Assembly (NCBI GenBank): GCA_019358915.1
Contig: JAHHIM010000003.1
Location: forward strand, 1-64,000
Length of the DNA: 64,000 nucleotides
Direction of reading: 5' to 3'
Source of the DNA: Trichormus sp. ATA11-4-KO1
GTDB lineage: Bacteria > Cyanobacteriota > Cyanobacteriia > Cyanobacteriales > Nostocaceae
The notes below the pieces were generated by a model. That model did no database searches. It had not been told where the DNA came from and saw only the letters and a list, made by a program, of their open reading frames with translations. This document shows positions 1 to 9,975 of the stretch, piece by piece; within the stretch, counting starts at the first letter, position 1, and each line of letters begins with the position of its first letter. The position numbers were made by a program, and so were the translations under genes.

Positions 1-113
1 GTGGCTACCTCGAACATCGAAGCAAAACACCCATTGGTATTCAAGTCCTGTGGCGCGGTTGGTTAAAATTGCATGACCTCTGTGAGGGCTGGAAGCTTGC
101 TAAACAGACTTAA
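1..113 (+). CDS. IS4-family (IS50/Tn5-like) transposase, C-terminal fragment running off the window start
   Basis: Frame 3 from nt 3 reads GYLEHRSKTPIGIQVLWRGWLKLHDLCEGWKLAKQT* (TAA 111-113), resembling the G.L.R...PG..VLWRG motif of IS4/Tn5 transposase C-termini. Not in the ORF track. Confidence 0.75.
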   Translation, partial: GYLEHRSKTPIGIQVLWRGWLKLHDLCEGWKLAKQT

Positions 114-126
114 CGGGAAAAGTCAG
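1..126 (+). mobile_element. Right end of an IS4-family insertion sequence
   Basis: Transposase stop is followed by CGGGAAAAGTCAG; the reverse complement starts CTGACT like IS50-type terminal repeats. Flanked by ACTCCCT/ACTCCCC STRR heptamers. Confidence 0.6.
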
Positions 127-143
127 ACTCCCTACTCCCCCAC

Positions 144-875
144 CTACAGCACATCCCAGCCTGCGATCGCTTCTCGTTGAGCGATTAATAACTGCTGAAT
201 TCCTTTTTCGGCAAAATCTAGCAGTTGATTCAACTGGATACGGCTATAAGTACCTTCCTCTGCTGTTCCCTGGATTTCAATCATGCCCAGGTGTTGATTC
301 ATCACCACATTGAAATCTACTGTTGCGGCTACATCCTCAATGTAGTTTAAATCTAAATATGGCTCGCCTTGCAATAAACCCACAGATATTGCTGCTACTT
401 GCCCGCATAGAGGCGATCGCTCTAATACTCCCTGCTGCAACAATTGAGAAACTGCATGAGCTAAGGCTACAAACCCACCTGTAATTGCCGTGGTTCTAGT
501 GCCTGCATCAGCTTGCAATACATCAGCATCTACGGTCAGTGTCCGTTCTCCCAATGCCTCAAAATTAATTGCTGCCCGTAAACTGCGGCCAATTAAACGT
601 TGAATTTCTTGAGTCCGTCCAGACAATTTCAACAATTCCCGTTCTTGTCGTTGTTGTGTGGCTGACGGTAACATTCGATACTCAGATGTCAACCAACCTT
701 TGCCAGTTCCTACTAAAAATTTGGGCACTCCTTCAGTAATGCTGACAGTACAAAGTACTTGAGTGTCTCCACATTTTGTGAGGACAGAACCGGGGGCAAA
801 ACGGGTAAAACCGGTATGAAAGCTGATCGGACGGAGTTGGTAGGGTTGCCGACCATCGGGACGCTGCCAAACCAT
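144..875 (-). CDS. rph: Ribonuclease PH
   Basis: RPDGR...LRPI N-terminus, [37 protein letters not shown] motifs. Confidence 0.97.
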   Translation of the reverse strand: MVWQRPDGRQPYQLRPISFHTGFTRFAPGSVLTKCGDTQVLCTVSITEGVPKFLVGTGKGWLTSEYRMLPSATQQRQERELLKLSGRTQEIQRLIGRSLRAAINFEALGERTLTVDADVLQADAGTRTTAITGGFVALAHAVSQLLQQGVLERSPLCGQVAAISVGLLQGEPYLDLNYIEDVAATVDFNVVMNQHLGMIEIQGTAEEGTYSRIQLNQLLDFAEKGIQQLLIAQREAIAGWDVL

Positions 876-1086
876 GAGAGTTGCCTCAGAATTTTTATAC
901 AGAAGAATACTGCCTTAAGGTTACCAGATACCGCCTTTGATGATAAAAGCACCTCAAAGAAGAGGCAGGGGAAAGAGAACTTACATTAGTAATCTCTCCT
1001 GCTTCTTGGCAACTTAACATTCATGCCTAAGAGATTAAGGATTACTTGGCGGGAAATCTCATATGAAATAATCGAGATGTGAATCA

Positions 1087-1121
1087 GCGATCGCGCGAAA
1101 TGCAGTGCCGGAGGTAATCGC
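1087..1121. repeat. HIP1-associated small dispersed repeat (SDR-like)
   Basis: GCGATCGC followed by GCG-AAATGCAGTGCCGGAGGTA-ATCGC, i.e. a short insert splitting a HIP1 site. Confidence 0.45.
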
Positions 1122-1198
1122 TAAAGAATGTTGACAGTGTTACAGATCATCATGCAATTAGGTCACAATAATGATATGCAATCATAGAGGGTACTACT

Positions 1199-1510
1199 AT
1201 GTTTCGTCTCAATCAAATTATTCGGAACTCGTTCCTTCGGCTTGAAGGCTTTTTATCTGTTGTTTTCAAAAGTTTATTTGGTCTTGTAGGTAATTTTTTG
1301 GGCTTTTTTGCCGAGGTATTCGGATTCAATAAACCTAGTTATTTCTTGGAATCTGATGAGGCACAGGGCATAAATCGCAATTCAGATCAAGAGCCAATAG
1401 AAACCAAGCCGGATAAGACTCCTGAAGTTACCGCCACTACCCGTCGTCGTCCTCATGCCAAAATGGATGACTACTACCTCAATATGGCTCGTGATGTGAA
1501 AAAGAAATAA
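1199..1510 (+). CDS. Hypothetical protein (amphipathic N-terminal helix, charged tail)
   Basis: 103-aa ORF with GAGGG RBS-like sequence upstream; no catalytic motif seen. Confidence 0.75.
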   Translation: MFRLNQIIRNSFLRLEGFLSVVFKSLFGLVGNFLGFFAEVFGFNKPSYFLESDEAQGINRNSDQEPIETKPDKTPEVTATTRRRPHAKMDDYYLNMARDVKKK

Positions 1511-1554
1511 CATACAGCCATCAAACTGCAATTTTCAGGAATTTAAAAGCTCTG

Positions 1555-2136
1555 TTAAGGGATTGAGAGCAAAGTCAAAATGTTTTGCTGTACCATCTCT
1601 GGTAACTGATCTCCATTGATAGTTAGCAAGCAGCGACGACGGTCGTAATATTCTAGGATGGGAATGGTGCGATCGTAAAATATTTCTACCCGACGCTGGA
1701 CAATTTCGGGTTGGTCATCTGGGAGAGAACGCCCCAGGGAGCGACTAACCATTGTAGCTTCTGGTACTTGTAAATAAATAGCCCAGTCTAACTTTTGCCC
1801 TAAATCATCCAACAAAAAATCCAATTCCTCGGCTTGAAAGACAGTACGAGGATAGCCTTCTAATACCCAACCGCAATTGACATCAAACTTTTTGAACCGC
1901 AACCGGATCAATTCAATCATTATTTCATCCGGGACTAACTCCCCCTTGGCCACATATGGCTGTGCATGGCGACCTAAATCACTCACATCAGTGTAAACGC
2001 CGAGGGAATGGTCTCCAGATATTGCTTCCCGTAACATTTCCCCTGTAGAAATTTGAAGTATGTCAAAATATCTACAAAGCTTTTGCGCTTGAGTGCTTTT
2101 CCCCGATCCTGAACCTCCCAGTATCACTAATCTCAC
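1555..2136 (-). CDS. adk: Adenylate kinase family protein (divergent paralogue)
   Basis: P-loop GGSGSGKST, ISTGEMLR, GELVPDE, GWVLEGYPRT motifs. Confidence 0.88.
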   Translation of the reverse strand: MRLVILGGSGSGKSTQAQKLCRYFDILQISTGEMLREAISGDHSLGVYTDVSDLGRHAQPYVAKGELVPDEIMIELIRLRFKKFDVNCGWVLEGYPRTVFQAEELDFLLDDLGQKLDWAIYLQVPEATMVSRSLGRSLPDDQPEIVQRRVEIFYDRTIPILEYYDRRRCLLTINGDQLPEMVQQNILTLLSIP

Positions 2137-2546
2137 TACAAATTACTCCTCTTTAAGTAAAATTTATGACACCTTAAGTCTGTTTTGCCCAAGTCAAGAT
2201 CATATTTAACACTTCAAAAAGAAGAAAGAGGCTCATCCGTCTTCCCTCTGAACTTCTGACTTCTGACTTCTTTGAATATTTCCATTTGTCGTTCCCAGCT
2301 TTCTCAACTATTTTGAATTGTTAATTATGTATTTGCATTTTGTATGACTAGTTTCATCCAAAAAACCAAAATGTCAACATTAATAACTCTTGACTTCAAG
2401 ACAAACCTAGTGTTTGACTAAGAATGCAGATTGCCAGTTATACTACAACTTGCCAAAAACAGCACTAACCATACAGATAGATTTGGAACTACTAGAACTA
2501 CTATCTGCAAAATTCTTTAATTCTTTACTATTTTTGAACTACCCCT

Positions 2547-3083
2547 ATGGTTGCTCAGTTAGAAACCCCAAGCGTCAACTCGACTCTCAGCTCACCGTAC
2601 CCAATTGCCGGACTAGTACAAGTTTTCACTAGTTCTCACCGTAACTTTTTTACCAGCGTTATGGCTCAGTCTTTGAGAATTGCCGGTCAAGGGACACCAG
2701 TATTAGTAGTACAGTTTCTCAAAGGTGGCATTCGTCAAGGACAAGAGCGACCAATTCAGTTAGGGCAAAATTTAGATTGGATTCGTTGTGATTTACCTCG
2801 TTGCATCGATACACCGCATCTAGACGACGCAGAAAACCAAGCTTTACAAAAGCTGTGGCAGTATACACAACAGGTAGTATGTGAAGGTAAGTATTCTTTA
2901 GTAGTTTTAGATGAGTTAAGTTTAGCGATTAACTTTGGTTTAATTCCCGAAACAGAAGTTTTGGGGTTTCTGGCAGCACGCCCTCCCCATGTCGATATCA
3001 TTCTCACAGGGCCAGAAATGCCGCAATCGCTCTTGGATGTAGCAGACCAAATTACAGAAATCCGTCGCAGTCATCGACCGTGA
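2547..3083 (+). CDS. CobO/BtuR-like cob(I)alamin adenosyltransferase family protein with degenerate P-loop
   Basis: GLVQVFT, VVQFLKGG, LVVLDEL, IILTG, ADQITEI motifs; the canonical GKGKST is replaced by HRNFFTS. Confidence 0.8.
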   Translation: MVAQLETPSVNSTLSSPYPIAGLVQVFTSSHRNFFTSVMAQSLRIAGQGTPVLVVQFLKGGIRQGQERPIQLGQNLDWIRCDLPRCIDTPHLDDAENQALQKLWQYTQQVVCEGKYSLVVLDELSLAINFGLIPETEVLGFLAARPPHVDIILTGPEMPQSLLDVADQITEIRRSHRP

Positions 3084-3191
3084 AGAATACACCACTTCAC
3101 GATATCCTCAGTAGTCGGGCAATATCTAGATTACTAAAAAAGCTCAACAGGTGATAATATCACCCTTCGAGCCAAATTTTAGAGGTTAAAC

Positions 3192-3773
3192 ATGTTGAAA
3201 AACGATAAATGGATCATCGAACAAGCCAAACTAGGGATGATTGCTCCATTTGAAAGTTCTTTAGTGCGCCAAATTGAAGATAGGCGAGTTATTAGTTACG
3301 GATTATCTAGCTATGGCTATGATTTAAGGCTAGCTCCTACAGATTTTCGGGTTTTTAGACATATTCCAGGTACTATCGTTAATCCCAAGCGGTTTAACCC
3401 TGACAACCTAGAATCTATTGCATTACAAACCGATGCAGATGGATCGTTTTTCATCATTCCCGCAAATTCATACGCTTTGGGTGTTTCGTTGGAGCGATTG
3501 CGGATTCCTGCCAATATCACAGTCATTTGTATTGGCAAATCAACAATGGCTCGTTGCGGTATTATTGCCAACATCACTCCTGCCGAGGCTTCATGGGAAG
3601 GTTACTTGACTTTGGAGTTCAGTAATGCTTCTAGTGCAGATTGTCGAATCTATGCTAATGAGGGTGTGTTGCAACTTTTGTTCTTAGAAGGAGAACCATG
3701 CCAAACAACTTATGCTGATCGCTTCGGAAAATATCAAAACCAACCTCAAACTGTAACCATTGCTAAAGTTTAA
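3192..3773 (+). CDS. dcd: dCTP deaminase
   Basis: ISYGLSSYGYDLRL, GKSTMARCGI, EASWEGYLTLE, KYQNQ motifs. Confidence 0.96.
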   Translation: MLKNDKWIIEQAKLGMIAPFESSLVRQIEDRRVISYGLSSYGYDLRLAPTDFRVFRHIPGTIVNPKRFNPDNLESIALQTDADGSFFIIPANSYALGVSLERLRIPANITVICIGKSTMARCGIIANITPAEASWEGYLTLEFSNASSADCRIYANEGVLQLLFLEGEPCQTTYADRFGKYQNQPQTVTIAKV

Positions 3774-3835
3774 CCAGAAAGCCCCTGATGCATCACCAGA
3801 GGCGTTCGGATAACTCAATTGTGTTTTGCCAATTG

Positions 3836-5326
3836 TTATGCCTGGACGGGTTGAGCAGATGTTGGCATCATGGATGGATCGATCGCAATGCCCAAACCTT
3901 CTGCCACACGACGGCCGTAATTCACATCTGCTCGAAAGAAATGGCAGAGTTGGCGCATTTGCAGGTCATGTCGTGCTTGACTTAAACTGCCGACAATGTT
4001 TTGGATCAGACGTTCTTGTTGATCTGGTGTCATCAACCGATAAAGATCCCCTGCTTGGGTGTAATCGTCATTGTCAACACGGTGGTCATAGCGATCGCCT
4101 TTAACATGGCCTAAATCCAAAGCAGGTTCTGCATAAGCACAATTTTGCTTTGGCGTATCTTCATTGCTATTGGGTTCATAATTGGGCGTATTACCGCCAT
4201 TCACTCCCAATGCCATAGCCCCATCGCGCTGATAATGCATCACCGGGCATTTTGGTTGATTGACAGGTAATTGCTGATAGTTGGCACCGATGCGATAGCG
4301 CTGAGCATCAGGATAAGACATGATCCGAGCTTGTAGTACTTTATCGGGAGAGAAACCAATACCAGGAACAACATTAGAAGGAGAAAACGCCGCTTGTTCA
4401 ACTTCAGCAAAGTAGTTTTGCGGATTGCGATTAAGTTCCAGAATACCCACGTCAATTAAGGGATACTCGGAATGTTTCCAAACCTTCGTTAGGTCAAAAG
4501 GATTATCCTGATGATGTGCTGCTTGTTCCTCGGTCATTACTTGAATGCAGACTCGCCATTTAGGAAATTCTCCGCGCGCGATCGCGTCAAATAAGTCACG
4601 GGTTGCATGGTCTGGATCTTCGCCTTTAACTCGCACTGCTTCTTCGGCTGTGAAGTTTTCAATACCTTGAATAGTTTTGAATTGAAACTTGCACCATACT
4701 CTTTGTCCTTGAGCATTGATGAGGCTGAATGTATGGCTACCATAGCCGTTCATGTGTCGGTAGGTTTTGGGTGTACCGCGATCGGAGAACAGAATTGTCA
4801 CTTGATGTAGAGCCTCTGGGCTAAGTGACCAAAAATCCCACATGGCGTTGGCATCTTTGCAATTAGTTTGGGGATGGCGCTTTTGTGTGTGAACAAAATC
4901 AGGAAACTTCAGGGGATCACGGATAAAGAAAACTGGTGTATTATTACCTGCCACGTCCCAGTTACCTTGTTCTGTATAAAATTTGACCGCAAAACCTCTA
5001 GGGTCACGTTCTGCATCGGCTGAACCTTTTTCGCCTCCCACAGTAGAGAACCGCAAAAGCACCGGAGTTTGCTTGCCAATCTCGGAAAACACTTTGGCTT
5101 GACTATAACGAGTAATATCGTGAGTGACTGTGAACGTGCCAAATGCAGCAGCTCCTTTTGCATGGACAACGCGTTCAGGAATCCGTTCCCGGTTAAAGTG
5201 AGCTAGCTTCTCCATCAGGTGAAAATCCTGCATTAGCACAGGGCCACGAGCACCTGCTGTTAAAGAGTTCTGGTTATCCGCAACCGGAATCCCATCAGCC
5301 GTTGTCAATGTTTTGGGGTCTGCCAT
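3836..5326 (-). CDS. Monofunctional small-subunit heme catalase
   Basis: [15 protein letters not shown] (distal His), [20 protein letters not shown], proximal [14 protein letters not shown]. Start placed at MADPK (5326); alternatives 5344 or 5374. Confidence 0.95.
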   Translation of the reverse strand: MADPKTLTTADGIPVADNQNSLTAGARGPVLMQDFHLMEKLAHFNRERIPERVVHAKGAAAFGTFTVTHDITRYSQAKVFSEIGKQTPVLLRFSTVGGEKGSADAERDPRGFAVKFYTEQGNWDVAGNNTPVFFIRDPLKFPDFVHTQKRHPQTNCKDANAMWDFWSLSPEALHQVTILFSDRGTPKTYRHMNGYGSHTFSLINAQGQRVWCKFQFKTIQGIENFTAEEAVRVKGEDPDHATRDLFDAIARGEFPKWRVCIQVMTEEQAAHHQDNPFDLTKVWKHSEYPLIDVGILELNRNPQNYFAEVEQAAFSPSNVVPGIGFSPDKVLQARIMSYPDAQRYRIGANYQQLPVNQPKCPVMHYQRDGAMALGVNGGNTPNYEPNSNEDTPKQNCAYAEPALDLGHVKGDRYDHRVDNDDYTQAGDLYRLMTPDQQERLIQNIVGSLSQARHDLQMRQLCHFFRADVNYGRRVAEGLGIAIDPSMMPTSAQPVQA

Positions 5327-6028
5327 ATTAGATGATTTCTCCATCAGTTTACTGAGATGTTGCAATGGTTGCAATGTCTGTTTAGCAACTCATCAACAAC
5401 GGATTTATTCATAGTCGTTATGAGTTTGCTCTAATAGCGTAGTCGAAATGACTTTGACATGGTAACCCCTGACAGAGATATTGCAATAAATTGTAATATT
5501 TAATTCATTCCTGAAAAGGAACTAGCGGTATCCGTAATTTTCAAGGAGCGTTAAAAAAGATACTATGCTAGCTTATATCTTGCACTCCTGCACTGGAAGT
5601 CACGGCTACACAGGAAAGGCCGCCTACCACGTAGTGTGCCGTAGGCATAAGCTACGCTAACGCGTTCGCTCTTTTCTAATCACTCAAATAAAATTTATTT
5701 TCTCTAGGTCACTGAATTTTTCTTTACTAAAATTGTGTTAATTTTAACTTTAAAAATGCTTATCTTAGCAGCAAAGTATCTTTAATAATAAATTTTAGTC
5801 GTAATTATACTTAAAAATGACTAGTTTGGTAGCTTTAAGTTTACCAAAAAAATAAAACTTTACGTTTGATAAGGATCAATATGTTACCAGGCGAACTTTC
5901 TTAAGTAAGTAATGACGAATGTATATAAAGCAGTTAGAGTTTACAAACAAAGAGATTCGATATAGGTAAAAAGCTGAAGTTAAAAGACACCAGCTTTTCA
6001 CATAGAGTTAGAGTTCAGTAATCCACTC

Positions 6029-6063
6029 AAAAAAGCCGTAGTAGTCCAGCTACGGTTTTTTTT
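6029..6063 (+). terminator. Intrinsic terminator with no upstream + strand ORF
   Basis: Stem AGCCGTAGT/GCTACGGTT followed by a T-tract. Confidence 0.65.
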
Positions 6064-6124
6064 GTGAGAAATTTTCCATAATTTAGGGAATAATAAATTT
6101 ATAAATCATGATTGATGTCCTTTC

Positions 6125-6159
6125 CTCCAGGCTTGATCAACAGGCTCTGGAGTTTTTTT
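6125..6159 (+). terminator. Intrinsic terminator with no upstream + strand ORF
   Basis: Stem CTCCAG-GCTTG/CAGGC-T-CTGGAG followed by T7. Confidence 0.65.
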
Positions 6160-6337
6160 ATGAGTAAATATAAAAAATGGTAATTGTAGCTTGAAAATAG
6201 GTTTTTCTAAATATAATTACATACTACTAGGATACGGCTAAGTATCGCTAATCAAGAAGATTTTAGTGATTTCACCGCGCCAAAAATTACCTTTATCCGA
6301 ATAAGAATAGTATATAGTTTCTCATTTTTTAATCGTT

Positions 6338-6730
6338 ATGTTCTTAAAAATAATTGGTGGGTTAATAACTGTGATAACACTGGCATTTAGTAGTACAGCG
6401 ATCGCTGAAACAATTGGCAACAATGCTTTCTTTCATATTCAAGTAGGTTCTGATAGTAATGGCAATCCGATTCTACTTGATTTGTCATCTGTTAAAGGAA
6501 CCGAATATATCATTTCTCAGAAGCATGGTGATGGTATGGCAAAAACTACTCTTAAGGCTGCTTGTAGTCAAGGTAGGTTATTTTCTAAAAGATTTTCTCT
6601 TTATACTTCAACAGGTCAGTTAACCAGTGATGATAAAACTGAGCGAGAAATTTTTCCTCAACTGGGAACTGCTGACGCTACATCTATGGAAATTGTTTGC
6701 CGCGCAGCAGACACTCGTGGTAGTCAGTGA
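6338..6730 (+). CDS. Hypothetical secreted protein (two Cys)
   Basis: Signal peptide ending AIA-E; 130 aa. Confidence 0.8.
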   Translation: MFLKIIGGLITVITLAFSSTAIAETIGNNAFFHIQVGSDSNGNPILLDLSSVKGTEYIISQKHGDGMAKTTLKAACSQGRLFSKRFSLYTSTGQLTSDDKTEREIFPQLGTADATSMEIVCRAADTRGSQ

Positions 6731-6757
6731 TATGTGCACTTGTAAAAACGCTTCATT

Positions 6758-6873
6758 GTGAACAACCCCTAGTTTCGCGCAGCGAAACTAGGGGTTTCTG
6801 TACTTACAGGCGAGTACCGCAACTTAAACCTTTGTCCGAGTTTTGGTCTTACCTCCCCTCCTACAGCACAGTC
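6758..6873 (-). mobile_element. Orphan IS200/IS605-family right end / TnpB omegaRNA-like remnant
   Basis: Minus strand translates AVGGEVRPKLGQRFKLRYSPVSTETP (resembles cyanobacterial TnpB C-terminal tails); perfect 15-bp hairpin (6764-6778/6782-6796), then GTTCAC end at 6758. Confidence 0.7.
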
Positions 6874-8313
6874 CTACTTTTCCTGACGTGCTTTTAGTTT
6901 CAGCATAATTTCTGCGTGCATTTCGCGAGTAATTGGGTAAAAATATGTGAGAAATAAGCCACAAATTAAGAAAAATGTCGGGAGAGGGCCAACAGCGAGA
7001 CGAATGGCTAATAGCGCCGATTCTGGTTGAATGGGTGTAGGTTGTCCTGGTACAGTTGCTTGGAAACCTGCTGCTTGTAAGGCATTGCCCACTAAAAATA
7101 ACCCCAAAGCTAAACCAATTTTTTGCAGTAAAACCATGAAGCCGTAAAAAATTCCTTCTCGGCGTTGTCCGGTTTGCAGTTCATCTAATTCAATCACGTC
7201 TGGAATCAGCGACCAAGGAACTAGATAAGCAGTGGACACGCCAAAACCTGCCATGACAGCCATCAGATACATGACACCTATTTGACCAGGTTGTAAGAAA
7301 AATAGACCCCCGGCTGCCATAATCCATAAACTCATTCCCAAAAAATAAACCAGTCTTTTACCAATTTTTTTGCTCAAAGCACTCCAAACAAATAGCATCA
7401 ACAAGGCGGTGCCTTGAACTGCAATCATGACAGATGGTACATCTGAGTCACGCAGGCGCATATAGTTAACTACAAAATAGGGAATAATGCTGGCTGTTAC
7501 CTGCACCCCTAACCAAGAAAAAAGATATATACCAATAACAAATAGAAAAGGCCGATTACTGAAAACGATTTTTAGTTGCTCAAAGAAAGGAATAGATGGA
7601 GGTTCCTCGGCTTGGGTGCGTTTTGCTTCAAAAGCCAACACGCGATCGCGGACTCCAAATATGCACGTATACAATGCCAAAACCGAAATTATTGCACAAA
7701 TTGCCGCTAAAACTAGATATTGTTGCTGGCGATCGCCGATGATAGAAAAAATAATTTGTGCCAAAATCAGCGATAAAATGCTGCCACCAATAGAAAAAGC
7801 AAAGCGAAAGCTATTTAGGGTAGTGCGTTCGTCGTAATCTTGAGTGAGTTCTGGTGTCATTGCCGTATAAGGCAAACTGACAACGGTGTAAAACACCTGA
7901 GACAATAACCCAATCACTACGTAATACCAAAACAATGGCCAAACATTACTACTCTGATCACTACTGAATTGCGGTACAATCCACTGCAAGAAAAAGATAA
8001 TACCAAAGGGAATTGCCCCATAAAACATCCAAGGCAAACGACGTCCCCAGCGACGAGATTTCGTTCTATCTGATAACACCCCGATAATTGGATCGTTGAT
8101 GGCATCCCAGATTTTACCAATCATTAAAACACTGCCGGCTAAACCCGCCGGAATCCCAGCAACATTAGTAAAGAAAACTAGCAGAAAAAAAATCGAAATA
8201 TTGGCAGTAATCGCTGGGCCTAAATCTCCTGCACCATAAGCCAGCTTGGTTTTAAAATCCAGTTTTTGACTGTCAGGAGTATTTTGGGCAAAGTCATCAG
8301 CAGAATCGGTCAT
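6874..8313 (-). CDS. MFS transporter, GPH (MelB-like) sugar:cation symporter family
   Basis: KLAYGAGDLG, WDAINDPIIG..SDRT.SRRWGRR.PW, ELTQDYDER, RREGIFYG motifs. Confidence 0.93.
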   Translation of the reverse strand: MTDSADDFAQNTPDSQKLDFKTKLAYGAGDLGPAITANISIFFLLVFFTNVAGIPAGLAGSVLMIGKIWDAINDPIIGVLSDRTKSRRWGRRLPWMFYGAIPFGIIFFLQWIVPQFSSDQSSNVWPLFWYYVVIGLLSQVFYTVVSLPYTAMTPELTQDYDERTTLNSFRFAFSIGGSILSLILAQIIFSIIGDRQQQYLVLAAICAIISVLALYTCIFGVRDRVLAFEAKRTQAEEPPSIPFFEQLKIVFSNRPFLFVIGIYLFSWLGVQVTASIIPYFVVNYMRLRDSDVPSVMIAVQGTALLMLFVWSALSKKIGKRLVYFLGMSLWIMAAGGLFFLQPGQIGVMYLMAVMAGFGVSTAYLVPWSLIPDVIELDELQTGQRREGIFYGFMVLLQKIGLALGLFLVGNALQAAGFQATVPGQPTPIQPESALLAIRLAVGPLPTFFLICGLFLTYFYPITREMHAEIMLKLKARQEK

Positions 8314-8384
8314 AATAGCTTGCGCTCATATTAAAATAAAAAGTTTGCAGTTGACTTCAGTATCACCTAGAAATCATATTTCTT

Positions 8385-8903
8385 ATGCCAGACCTTTACG
8401 TTTCTTGGTCGGATTATCACCAAAAAATTGAATACCTGGCTGCTCAAATTTATCAGTCAAGCTGGGAATTCAACCAGATTGTCTGTCTTGCCAGAGGGGG
8501 ACTGCGAGTAGGAGATATTCTCTCCCGTATATACCAGCAGCCGTTGGCAATTTTAGCAACATCATCTTACAGTGGTCCTGGTAAGCAAGAAAGAGGCAAT
8601 TTAACTTTTTCGCGCCATTTAACAATGACAACCGAAAGGTTAGGTGCGCGCATTCTGCTAGTAGATGACTTGGTAGACTCTGGAATTACACTCCAGCAAA
8701 CTATACCTTGGCTAAAACAAAACAGTAATGTTCCCATTGAAGAAATTCGCACAGCCGTACTTTGGTATAAAGCTTGTTCGGTGATAGTACCAGATTATTA
8801 TGTCGATTATCTGCCCGATAATCCTTGGATTCATCAACCTTTTGAACACTATGAGCAGATGAACCCGGCAGAATTAACTGCAAAGATAAGTCAGCCATGC
8901 TGA
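8385..8903 (+). CDS. Type I phosphoribosyltransferase (purine salvage-like)
   Basis: LARGG, ILLVDDLVDSGITL PRPP-binding motif, WIHQPFE. Confidence 0.92.
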   Translation: MPDLYVSWSDYHQKIEYLAAQIYQSSWEFNQIVCLARGGLRVGDILSRIYQQPLAILATSSYSGPGKQERGNLTFSRHLTMTTERLGARILLVDDLVDSGITLQQTIPWLKQNSNVPIEEIRTAVLWYKACSVIVPDYYVDYLPDNPWIHQPFEHYEQMNPAELTAKISQPC

Positions 8904-8955
8904 TAAATTACCTAGACAAAGTTAATTTCACACTCACTACATAATAAATTCAAAA

Positions 8956-9873
8956 TCAAAATATCCACAGCCAAACTGGAAGGGTAACCAGTAGTACCAC
9001 ACATCCAACGGCTAAGGAGGTAACCGCGAGGTCGCGATCAAGATTAAAGGTTTCGGCTATTACTAGTGTGGCAAATGCTGGTGGCATTGCCATTTGTAAC
9101 ACAATCACCTGGGCTGGTTCCCCGGTCACACCCAAAAGTGGTAGTGTGCTACCAACAACTAAAGGAACTAGCAGCATTTTGATTGCTAAGCTGATCCCTG
9201 CCTCTGGTAGTCTGTGCCAAGAATTCATCTGAGAAAGCCGCATCCCAATTAATACTAGAGATAAAGCAACGACACTCCAACCTAATTTTTCCAGGCTCAA
9301 TTCTCCGAAGGTGGAAAGTTTCACCTGCCGAAATAGTAAGCCCAAGCCAAAACTCCACAGGGCAGGATTAATGAAGATGGCCTTTGTAACGTGCCAATAA
9401 TTACTAGTATTACCACTGTAATGAGATGCTAATGCTACACCTAAGCCATAAGCGCCGAAGACTGACCCTAACAAGTCGTAGAATAAAGCCCAAGCAAAAT
9501 ATTCTTGTCCTACCATTGCCAAAGTGATGGGAAAGCCCAGATAACCTGTGTTACCCAACATTGCCGCCAAAATAAAACTACCTTGCGTTGCTTCTTGAGG
9601 AGTGGTATTTGTGAAATAAGTTTGCCCTTTAATTCCTAACCAAGCTAAACATGCCCCTAGAAAGATGGCTAAATAGGCGATCGCCGGGGCAATCCAAATT
9701 TGACTGGACAAATCAGTTTGACGTAAAAAAGCTACAATACTTATAGGTACTCCCACCCAAAATAAAAATTGTCCTATACGTATAGGAACTGTGTCAGATA
9801 ATTTACGTCCCAGAATAAAACCTACCAGGACTAATCCTACAAGTTTGACGTATAGTTCTAGGAGGTTATCCAA
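8956..9873 (-). CDS. AEC (auxin efflux carrier) family transporter
   Basis: GNTGYLGFP, NPALW, AMPPA motifs; about 10 TM helices. Confidence 0.92.
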   Translation of the reverse strand: MDNLLELYVKLVGLVLVGFILGRKLSDTVPIRIGQFLFWVGVPISIVAFLRQTDLSSQIWIAPAIAYLAIFLGACLAWLGIKGQTYFTNTTPQEATQGSFILAAMLGNTGYLGFPITLAMVGQEYFAWALFYDLLGSVFGAYGLGVALASHYSGNTSNYWHVTKAIFINPALWSFGLGLLFRQVKLSTFGELSLEKLGWSVVALSLVLIGMRLSQMNSWHRLPEAGISLAIKMLLVPLVVGSTLPLLGVTGEPAQVIVLQMAMPPAFATLVIAETFNLDRDLAVTSLAVGCVVLLVTLPVWLWIF

Positions 9874-9975
9874 GATTGCGCCTAGGAATTACAGATGTAA
9901 AATAATACCCAAGAAGTTTATTTCTGTCCAGTCTACAATCTCAAATGAATCTTGAACATAAGCAGGAGTTGATCC

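Noticed and set aside
713..989. Short ORFs overlapping rph, and the many other 60-160 aa ORFs antisense to or nested in called genes
   Set aside because: They overlap well-supported genes and show no recognisable motifs; treated as shadow ORFs.
1130..1143. Possible NtcA site GTTGACAGTGTTAC
   Set aside because: It deviates from GTA-N8-TAC and has no properly spaced TAN3T box.
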